DNA of 64,000 bases from a virus (Duplodnaviria; Caudoviricetes): IMG/VR virus record IMGVR_UViG_3300031998_000004; one strand, written 5' to 3'. Made by a program: the position numbers and the translations under genes. Below, one piece after another: positions 56,593 through 64,000 of this stretch; within the stretch, counting starts at the first letter, position 1; the number at the start of each line of letters is the position of its first letter. Under the pieces are notes generated by a model that made no database searches, was not told the DNA's origin, and was given only the letters and a program-made list of their open reading frames with translations.

Positions 56593-56670
56593 AGATTCTT
56601 AATGTTTTTATATATAAAAAATAAAGACCTTTCGGTCTTTAATTAAATTATTAACTTATTAAATTTCAAT

Positions 56671-57627
56671 CTACACCATCAAATCTTTATATTCTCCAAT
56701 ATTGATGTGATGATTAAATATTGATCCTGAAACACCCTTTGTTATAACAGAATGACAATCAAAATTATGAATAGACTCACGATGCACACAAACTACCCTC
56801 CAATCTCTAATTCGGTTATCACTGTTTAATTCTTCAGCCATTTTTCTTACAGCTTCTTCAACAAACATTGGCTGTGCCCCCATTTCACCATGTGCCTGTT
56901 CATCTTCCCTTTTACAAAACACCATAGTTTCATTAGGGAGAGCATTTCTACAATGATCAATAATATCTTCAATCCAAATAATCTCTTCAGATTCTACAGA
57001 CACACGACACACACTTCTCTGATTATGAGGAGCAGCATATACTCCTCGGGTCATAGCTGCATGTTGAGCAAGTGCAGTGCTGCATGTGCAAACGCTTTGA
57101 TATATATAATCTACAATGACAACTTTCTTAAATTCACCACTTTTATCAATATTACAATCAAATGTAACATTATAAACCTGATAACCACCGTTCAAATTTC
57201 CATTTTCATCCCTACTTCTCAGAGACGGCAACCAAAGATAATAAGGAAAGTTCATTAGTACATGAGCATCAAAAGAATTCATTTTCTTTTGATAATCGCG
57301 AAGGATACCCTCAAGACGATTGATATCAAAAATAACATCTCTGGTTGGAATCCATTCTCGAATAAGTCTTGACATATTTATTCCAAAATGATCACTATCT
57401 AAATCATTTTCGGCATAAATTGTGGCGAGAACCTGTTGAGTTCCCCCATCTTTTTGTTTTACTGTAACAGGAACCTTGAAATTTTGAATACCAACAAATG
57501 GGATAGCCAATCCCTTAAACTCCCCATTCTGCAGATCTGGCATCGAATCGAGATATTCCTGAGAAGGAACAAAATCTTTATCATAGGATCTCTTAAGATC
57601 CATCACTTTTACATCTTTATTCATCAT
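56671..57627 (-). CDS. folE2: GTP cyclohydrolase I type B (FolE2)
   Basis: PDLQ, GINMSR, SVCTCS, HNQRS, KREDE, FVEE.VR, ESIH. Confidence 0.88.
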   Translation of the reverse strand: MMNKDVKVMDLKRSYDKDFVPSQEYLDSMPDLQNGEFKGLAIPFVGIQNFKVPVTVKQKDGGTQQVLATIYAENDLDSDHFGINMSRLIREWIPTRDVIFDINRLEGILRDYQKKMNSFDAHVLMNFPYYLWLPSLRSRDENGNLNGGYQVYNVTFDCNIDKSGEFKKVVIVDYIYQSVCTCSTALAQHAAMTRGVYAAPHNQRSVCRVSVESEEIIWIEDIIDHCRNALPNETMVFCKREDEQAHGEMGAQPMFVEEAVRKMAEELNSDNRIRDWRVVCVHRESIHNFDCHSVITKGVSGSIFNHHINIGEYKDLMV

Positions 57628-57768
57628 GATAAAATATATTTAATGTTCACTAATAATTAAAACATTATAAAATTTTTGATTTAACAGAGAGAAAAAGAAA
57701 AGATGACCAATAAGTCACCTTTTCAAAAATTTTTAATTATACGCGAGTTTTGATAGCAATAATCTTAA

Positions 57769-58368
57769 TTATTCAGCAGATGCGTTATTTCCAGGAACCG
57801 CATCAACATCTGTCCACCAGTCTGACTTAAACTTAACAGTAAGTTCAGCGGCATCAAGGGTTTCATAGTTATACTCGTTAAGACCATCTGGAGAATCAGC
57901 CATCATAACATCCTTAAATACTACATCTTCAATAACATCACCTGCGCGGTTTGCGATTTTAACTTCAAAGGCTTCGGCGCAGTAGTCCTTTTTAAGAACC
58001 TTCTCACCAGTAAGGATATTATAACCGAGTCTTGCCCATGCCTTAATTAATCTATAAAGATAATTGTCGGTTTCATTTTTAAGGTTAAGAGCAAATTTAA
58101 TTTCTATTTCAGCACTTGTATCATCAAGACCTGGCAGAATGTATGTACGGGTTGTACCCATGAACTTTTGTGTGTTTGTACCAGCGGTCTTATGAAGTGC
58201 GCCGAGACCAGAGATACTTAATACTTGTTCTGTTATTTGAGTTTCTTCCTCTGGAAAATCTGCTTTAAGAGCAGCAGGTAGTGTGAAAGATACCTCAAAC
58301 ATATTAACATGCATAGGATCCCATTTATTGATCCCAGCTTTTGAATTCGTTATGTGTGGTAAAGCCAT
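57769..58368 (-). CDS. Tail tube protein, T4 gp19-like
   Basis: LPH..N..FEV.F.LP, QKF....R.Y, KKDY, NRAGD, F.SD.W. Confidence 0.75.
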   Translation of the reverse strand: MALPHITNSKAGINKWDPMHVNMFEVSFTLPAALKADFPEEETQITEQVLSISGLGALHKTAGTNTQKFMGTTRTYILPGLDDTSAEIEIKFALNLKNETDNYLYRLIKAWARLGYNILTGEKVLKKDYCAEAFEVKIANRAGDVIEDVVFKDVMMADSPDGLNEYNYETLDAAELTVKFKSDWWTDVDAVPGNNASAE

Positions 58369-58469
58369 ATTATTGTCTATTTATTTATTTAATTTAATAA
58401 TAAACCTTAAGAACAAACTAAATTAAACATTAGAGTTTGTTAATTATATTCATAAACAGAAACAAAAGT

Positions 58470-58811
58470 ATGAATGAGAAAGTAACTGAAAAGTGGTTTG
58501 AGGAAAATGGCTGGACTCCTTCGATATTTTATCTTAATAACACTATTGATGGTCGTGGCCGAGTCACTACCGAACGTATAATCACTTATATGTTGAATAA
58601 CGGAAGTACCACTTTAAAGGGTTATAGCCAGGCCCGTTGGGACCACACCATTCGTGTAACTCGAGATAAGAGAGGTAAGGTTGTGGGAGCAAGTAACTGG
58701 TATAGTCTTTCGGTATCCGGAAAGGGATTTCATATTGAAAATAGGATTGCGTATCGCAGGTTTAGTATCGAGCAGGTGGAGTCCGCTCTTAAAATAGTTG
58801 GATTGAAGTAG
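58470..58811 (+). CDS. Hypothetical protein
   Basis: First gene of plus-strand cluster; start revised to MNEKVTE. Confidence 0.65.
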   Translation: MNEKVTEKWFEENGWTPSIFYLNNTIDGRGRVTTERIITYMLNNGSTTLKGYSQARWDHTIRVTRDKRGKVVGASNWYSLSVSGKGFHIENRIAYRRFSIEQVESALKIVGLK

Positions 58812-58813
58812 AT

Positions 58814-58990
58814 ATGTTTCACTGGGAGACAATGGAGATGGTGTTTCGGGTGCCTGGTAAAGGGAGGCCGAGGATGATGAAGGTCGAAGGTTGTAAAAGA
58901 CTCCTTGATGGGTTTGCAGCAGTCTTAAAGAAGTACCCGGATGCCGAGTTTATTTCATTTAATGGTTATCAGTATAAAACTAAAGCATAA
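58814..58990 (+). CDS. Small protein missing from ORF track (58 aa, MFHWETMEMVFRVPG...)
   Basis: Manual translation; fills gap tightly. Confidence 0.6.
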   Translation: MFHWETMEMVFRVPGKGRPRMMKVEGCKRLLDGFAAVLKKYPDAEFISFNGYQYKTKA

Positions 58991-58991
58991 T

Positions 58992-59156
58992 ATGATAAAC
59001 TCAGATATAATAAACCCGGAAAACGCTCTTTGGTACTACACTAAAGGAGAAATAACAAAGGAAGAATATTTGCAATTATGTCCTTGGGAAAGAAAATATT
59101 ACGAAAAGAAAAATATTGATGATGAATGGCGCAAGATAGAGGAGTTGGATTTATAA
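58992..59156 (+). CDS. Small hypothetical protein
   Basis: MINSDIINPENALWYYTKGEIT.EEY; start revised. Confidence 0.6.
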   Translation: MINSDIINPENALWYYTKGEITKEEYLQLCPWERKYYEKKNIDDEWRKIEELDL

Positions 59157-59180
59157 CATAAGAAGATAAAAATTAGATTT

Positions 59181-59645
59181 ATGACACCAGAAGAAAAACA
59201 ACTGTTACTGAAAGACCTTTTTACAAGGTTGCCTTTTGGAGTAAAAGCACACATTATTGGAGATGGCTTTTATGATGCGAGAGAGCCATACGATACAACA
59301 CTGACTGCCAGACAACACTATGTCTTAGTCGATTTTCTTAGAGATAGAGAACTAATCATAGAGCCATATCTTCGCCCACTAATTGATATGACCGAAGAGG
59401 AGAGGAAAGAACTTGAAGACAAAGCCTGGTGTATTGCGGTAGCAAATGAGGTAATGACTACGCCAGAAGGGTTTGATTGGCTTAATGAACATCATTTTGA
59501 CTATCGGGGTTTAATTGAGAAAGGTCTTGCATTGGTGGCGCCCGCAGGAATGTATGTGAAAGAAACGGTTGGAGTGAAGGAATCACCCCTAAAAACATTC
59601 CCAAAAATAAATGAATTTGATGAGGATTCGAGTTATAGAGGATAA
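59181..59645 (+). CDS. Hypothetical protein, paralog of 59822-60214
   Basis: LLLKDL..R.P, PYLRP...MT, DWLN.H.FDYRGLIEKGLAL.AP.GMY. Confidence 0.75.
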   Translation: MTPEEKQLLLKDLFTRLPFGVKAHIIGDGFYDAREPYDTTLTARQHYVLVDFLRDRELIIEPYLRPLIDMTEEERKELEDKAWCIAVANEVMTTPEGFDWLNEHHFDYRGLIEKGLALVAPAGMYVKETVGVKESPLKTFPKINEFDEDSSYRG

Positions 59646-59649
59646 AATT

Positions 59650-59820
59650 ATGACACAGGAAGAAAGAATAACAATATGTAAGATATTACGAAAAGAAACT
59701 TGTTGTGGTATGATGGATGCCTCAAATGCGTTAAATACAATTATTGAGGCACTAAAAGCAAAGCCGGTAGTTATTTTAGATAATCCGCGACGTTTACATA
59801 TAACTTATAATTGGATATAA
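59650..59820 (+). CDS. Small protein with EF-Ts N-terminal-like motif
   Basis: K.LRKET.CGMMDA..AL resembles EF-Ts N-terminal helix (KELR..TG.GMMDCK.AL). Confidence 0.5.
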   Translation: MTQEERITICKILRKETCCGMMDASNALNTIIEALKAKPVVILDNPRRLHITYNWI

Positions 59821-59821
59821 T

Positions 59822-60214
59822 ATGAAACAAGAAGATAAGGAGCTATTACTGAAAGACCTATGCGCTAGATTTCCTCACGATGTTATAGTAGAAAGACTAT
59901 ATATACCAGAAAATAATGGATTCTCTTGCGAATTGTCTTACCGAGATTTCGAATTATTGAATGATGATAATTGGAGTATTAAACCATATCTCCGTCCAAT
60001 GTCAAGTATGACCAAGGAAGAGAAGTACACATACAGGCACATGCTTGGGGCTACGCTCAACAGTGAGGGAGAATCCATTATGTTTGTTTATGTGGAAGAT
60101 TTTCCTACGGTCATTGATTGGCTCAATGCTCATTACTTCGACTATCGTGGTTTAATTGAGAAAGGTCTTGCTCTTGAAGCGCCAGAAGGAATGTATAGAT
60201 TGGTGAAAAAATGA
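59822..60214 (+). CDS. Hypothetical protein, paralog of 59181-59645
   Basis: Shared motifs. Confidence 0.75.
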   Translation: MKQEDKELLLKDLCARFPHDVIVERLYIPENNGFSCELSYRDFELLNDDNWSIKPYLRPMSSMTKEEKYTYRHMLGATLNSEGESIMFVYVEDFPTVIDWLNAHYFDYRGLIEKGLALEAPEGMYRLVKK

Positions 60215-60636
60215 GAATCAACACAGGAATACCAGTAAAGAACCTGAGTGATGAGCACTTGAGAGCCGAAGAAGCAGAAATCGCTATGTGTCCGGGTTTT
60301 TATAATAGAGTATGGAAAGGGAAGTCGGACATCCCTTTAAAGTTCACTCTTAATAAAGGTCACATCTCGTTTTTTATGAATAAAAAGACATGGACTCTAA
60401 AAAGATACAAAGAGCTTCATGAAGAATGTCTTCGAAGAGGATTTACAGGGATTAAAGATAAGTCTGAGAGGTGGAATACATGGAATTCAAAAGAAGATAT
60501 AGATTATACGCCTACAATTAGGGATTCGCTAATCGTTAAAGAACGAATCATATCTAAAATAAAAAACTCAACAGGACAGTTTCATTATCATCGAAAAAGG
60601 ATAGAAAAAGGAGATCTTATTGATCTCCTTTTTTAA
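60211..60636 (+). CDS. denV: Pyrimidine dimer DNA glycosylase, T4 endonuclease V-like
   Basis: RIN....L.D.HL.AE..E, F.L..GH..FF..K, ECL.RGF. Confidence 0.8.
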   Translation: MRINTGIPVKNLSDEHLRAEEAEIAMCPGFYNRVWKGKSDIPLKFTLNKGHISFFMNKKTWTLKRYKELHEECLRRGFTGIKDKSERWNTWNSKEDIDYTPTIRDSLIVKERIISKIKNSTGQFHYHRKRIEKGDLIDLLF

Positions 60637-62353
60637 TCCATATCCACTTCGTTTGTCCGCTGTCATATATTCGCAAATACCCCGCTTCATCCATCACTTG
60701 ACGTTCAGTCCAGGTTCCGTCGTTTTTTTCCTTGATGCCTTTTTTTACAATTGCACCTTTAGTAAATGAAGTTCTATGATATCTTATTAAAGTCTTAGGA
60801 TCAATATACCAATACGAACTATTAATTTGTCCATCGGACTCAAATCCTAACTTATCATATACATTACCATTACTTATATCGTTTGAAGCATATGAATACA
60901 CCATATTTGGTTTATAATCATTAACAAAATGTTTGAACAATTTACCGGCTGCCCCAATAACTTGCGTATTTAATAATGAACAGAATCGGATAAGTTCCCA
61001 CTCATTTTTATCGGTCTTCAAGACAGACGAACCCACAGCTCCTCGTTTGTGACCAAAAGTCATTACACTAACCAACTTACCTTCATAACGAAGACCAAGA
61101 CCAACCTTAAAAATAGATTTCCCCTGAATGTGATTCTTATCCAAAAAATCTAAATACTCCGAGTTGTTTTCACAAATTTCTACTATGCATTTCCTAGCAT
61201 ATATTTTGTTTTCAGAACACCCAAGCTTGGAAAGTATCATACTTCTAACAATGTCTGGTTTCCATCGAATCCAGTCTTCCCAAATATGTAATAACCTAAT
61301 ATTCCTCTCTTTACATCTCATAGTTTTGGATTCGTGATATCTATGGTCTTTATATCTATCACTATGAGACAACACACCATTACATTCAATAGCAAAATGT
61401 TTTGATGGGATGTATATATCTAATTCTTTCTTATCATGCATCAGTCCGCGAGCATTTGTCTTATATTGAATATTATATTCATCTAATATTTGTTGAACAA
61501 ACAATTCAATTGATGTATTTTTCGTATTATCATCGCCAACAGGCAATATCTTTGTACATGGTTCAGTATGATCACGAACTCGATCTCGATATATACCAGA
61601 CGGACATATAAAGAACTTCTCTGTACATTTGTTACATAGAGGATGAGGACATTTGCATATCCATTCGTCATTCTCTGTATATCCTATAAGAAAATCCTTC
61701 CTAGTTATCTCTTTAGTCTTCCAAGTATTTGCTGTTTTGATTTTAAATTCATCCGTCTTACTATAACTATCAACCCCATACTTTTCGATACAAGATTCTT
61801 TCATTTTATCCTTACACTCTTGAGTTAATGCATAGTTATCTACACCATATCTCTGTTTGTTGGTTTCTTTGTATTTAGTCAATATAATCTCGGATGAATT
61901 ACCCGGTCCACCATATCGTTCAATCAAGATATCCTTAGACTTTTGAGCAATATCTTTGTTTTGCATCGCATTCTTGACACCATATCTTTTGAGACTGGTT
62001 TGTTCCATTTTATATTTAACAGTTCTGTTCTGTGCTGGAGCTTTGGTGCCGAATTTTTCCATACAAGTATCTTCAACCTTCTTTATTTTATTTGGGTCGC
62101 TATTAAGACATTTGTATGAACAGTATTCTCTATATCCTATCCTGGCATTATTAAATTTAGTTGGAGACCCGCAGCATTTACAAATTGGGCGTTCCGTAAT
62201 GTTATTAAAATACCAATAAAGTTTTTCTTGAAATGTAAGATTCAGATTTTTATATTTCTCATTAAGAAATTCAAGAAATTCTGGGTAATGAAATTGAAAG
62301 TGTTTTTCTGTAAATTGTGGTCCAGAAAGACTATTTATGTCTGGAATAGTCAT
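60617..62353 (-). CDS. Putative Hef-like homing endonuclease (Zn finger, KYG repeats, PD-(D/E)xK, GNAT-like C-terminal domain)
   Basis: ELDIYIP...AIECNG..H, IWED, ARKC, FL..NHIQG, WELIRFC, IYDSG. Confidence 0.75.
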   Translation of the reverse strand: MTIPDINSLSGPQFTEKHFQFHYPEFLEFLNEKYKNLNLTFQEKLYWYFNNITERPICKCCGSPTKFNNARIGYREYCSYKCLNSDPNKIKKVEDTCMEKFGTKAPAQNRTVKYKMEQTSLKRYGVKNAMQNKDIAQKSKDILIERYGGPGNSSEIILTKYKETNKQRYGVDNYALTQECKDKMKESCIEKYGVDSYSKTDEFKIKTANTWKTKEITRKDFLIGYTENDEWICKCPHPLCNKCTEKFFICPSGIYRDRVRDHTEPCTKILPVGDDNTKNTSIELFVQQILDEYNIQYKTNARGLMHDKKELDIYIPSKHFAIECNGVLSHSDRYKDHRYHESKTMRCKERNIRLLHIWEDWIRWKPDIVRSMILSKLGCSENKIYARKCIVEICENNSEYLDFLDKNHIQGKSIFKVGLGLRYEGKLVSVMTFGHKRGAVGSSVLKTDKNEWELIRFCSLLNTQVIGAAGKLFKHFVNDYKPNMVYSYASNDISNGNVYDKLGFESDGQINSSYWYIDPKTLIRYHRTSFTKGAIVKKGIKEKNDGTWTERQVMDEAGYLRIYDSGQTKWIWIKKGDQ

Positions 62354-62485
62354 TTATATATTTTATTTTATGTATAAATAATAGATAATTATATACTAAA
62401 ATTTAAACTATTACATATATTTTATCATATAGATTTTGTGTTAAGATACTAAAGTTTGTGTTGGAATTAATTATTATTTATACAT

Positions 62486-64000
62486 ATGAATATTCCTGAC
62501 GAACAATTTTTTGAACATCCAATAATTAATCCGAGATATATCAAAAAGAATTATCCCGAGTTTTATGAATATCTTGAATCTCATTATCCTGAAGTAAAAA
62601 GTATATCGGAAAAAATATATCTTTGGAGAAACTACATGACCACACACCCGGTATGTCATAACTGTGGTGGTCCTGTAAAGTTCATTAATATAAATAGTGG
62701 GTACTCAAAGTACTGTTCATATAAGTGTTCTAACCAAAACCCCGACAAAAAAGAACTAACTAAAAAGACCTGTCTTGAGAGATATGGAGTAGAGAATCCA
62801 CAACAATCAGATGATGTTAAAAGTAAGTTTGTCAATTACTTTTCTATCCCCGAGAACCAGGAGAAGATAAGACGGGAGAGATTTCAAAGAACTGGAGTGT
62901 ACTATTCAGGACAGCTAGAGGAAACCAAGAATAAAATTAAAAGTACTTGTCTTGAAAGATATGGTGTGGGTTCGGGAGTGCAATTAAGTATAGCAAAAGA
63001 GAATCTTAATGAAGCAAGAAAACGGTATCAATTATCAAAACATCAGGATATAATAGACTGTGGGTTTATTGATGGAAATTGGATGTATACTTGTACTTGT
63101 AATCACCCTGAATGTTCCAAATGTTCTCTGAAAACATTCAACATAGAACCGCAGATGTACTTTGATAGGAAAAGGGATAATACAGAATTGTGTACTCATC
63201 TATTACCAGCACGTGAAAATCAATATAGTTCTTTAGAGTTGGTTGTCGTTGGGTGGTTAAAAGAATATAATATAGAATATGAACTACATAGAAGAGACCT
63301 ACTTGGAAATGGACAGGAAATTGATATTTATATACCATCAAGACATATAGCTATAGAGTGTAATGGTGAGTGGTATCATTGTACTAAGGTGAAGCCGAAT
63401 GACTATCATATAAACAAGTGGAGGATAGCTAAGGAACGAGGAATACAATTAATATCATTATGGGGTGTTTGGATCAACACTAAACCGGAGATAACTAAGT
63501 CTCTTTTACTTTCAAAACTTAATGTTATTACCAATAGAATACAAGCGAGAAAGTGTGAGGTGAAGGATATATCGTCTCTGACGTGTAATAAGTTTTTAAA
63601 CGATAACCACATCCAAGGTGAAACCAGAGCTCGGGCACATCTAGGATTGTATTGCGAGGGACAATTAGTATCTGTTATGACTTTTGGTAAACAAATGGCT
63701 TGTAGTGGGAAGAAAGGAGACGAAACATGGATACTATCTAGATTTTGTTCGTTAATTAATTACAAAGTTATCGGGGCGGCTGGTAAGTTATTTAAATACT
63801 TTATAAATCATTATAATCCAGATACAGTTTATTCATTTTCATCTAATGATATTAGTAATGGGGGATTGTATCAAATACTTGGATTTAAAGAAGGAAGAGT
63901 CAATCAATCTTATTGGTACTATGATCTTAAACGAGATAAAAGATATCATCGTTCAGCATTTACTAAATCCCATTTGAAGGAACTTGGATGGGATGACGGG
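62486..64000 (+). CDS. Hef-like homing endonuclease paralog, truncated at window end (missing from ORF track)
   Basis: MNIPDEQFF.., CHNCG..YCSYKC, EIDIYIP..AIECNG, ARKC, NHIQG; frame consistent to 64000; TTATTATTTA upstream. Confidence 0.8.
   Translation, partial: MNIPDEQFFEHPIINPRYIKKNYPEFYEYLESHYPEVKSISEKIYLWRNYMTTHPVCHNCGGPVKFININSGYSKYCSYKCSNQNPDKKELTKKTCLERYGVENPQQSDDVKSKFVNYFSIPENQEKIRRERFQRTGVYYSGQLEETKNKIKSTCLERYGVGSGVQLSIAKENLNEARKRYQLSKHQDIIDCGFIDGNWMYTCTCNHPECSKCSLKTFNIEPQMYFDRKRDNTELCTHLLPARENQYSSLELVVVGWLKEYNIEYELHRRDLLGNGQEIDIYIPSRHIAIECNGEWYHCTKVKPNDYHINKWRIAKERGIQLISLWGVWINTKPEITKSLLLSKLNVITNRIQARKCEVKDISSLTCNKFLNDNHIQGETRARAHLGLYCEGQLVSVMTFGKQMACSGKKGDETWILSRFCSLINYKVIGAAGKLFKYFINHYNPDTVYSFSSNDISNGGLYQILGFKEGRVNQSYWYYDLKRDKRYHRSAFTKSHLKELGWDDG

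Noticed and set aside
1001-63612. Many short antisense or alternate-frame ORFs nested in long genes
   Set aside because: No motifs; explained by codon structure of the real gene on the other strand or frame
1-64000. Stop-codon reassignment (TAG to Gln) as in Lak and some crAss phages
   Set aside because: Long genes are intact in code 11; several genes end at TAG at natural ends (e.g. 42161, 56671); no CTA suppressor tRNA; reading through TAG at 9210 gives a short, implausible extension

Overview
AT-rich segment of a large T4-superfamily (jumbo-type) myovirus, standard genetic code. The host is most likely a gut/rumen Bacteroidota, inferred from a Bacteroidales-type fimbrial operon, BspA repeats, anaerobic NrdD and no obvious Shine-Dalgarno motifs. 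It encodes portal, neck (gp14-like), tail sheath, tail tube, DNA end protector, UvsW, RuvC-like resolvase, holin, a sigma70-like factor, MoxR/vWA/peptidase, FolE2, DenV, a 2706-aa LRR tail/adhesin protein, five homing-endonuclease-like genes and 21 tRNA genes on the minus strand, one interrupted by a group I intron. Main discovery: two tRNA arrays are each preceded by an unannotated leader peptide whose codons are the ones decoded by the downstream tRNAs. Each leader is followed by mutually exclusive antiterminator/terminator hairpins. This looks like ribosome-mediated attenuation that switches on phage tRNA arrays when matching host tRNAs run short. Also notable: about 20 proteins, including the sigma factor, carry T4-CTS-like N-termini; a TTATTATTTA putative promoter; tRNA-Cys and tRNA-fMet with long variable arms; and unexplained structured RNAs inside the tRNA arrays. 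All family assignments are from motif recognition by eye; no database searches were run.
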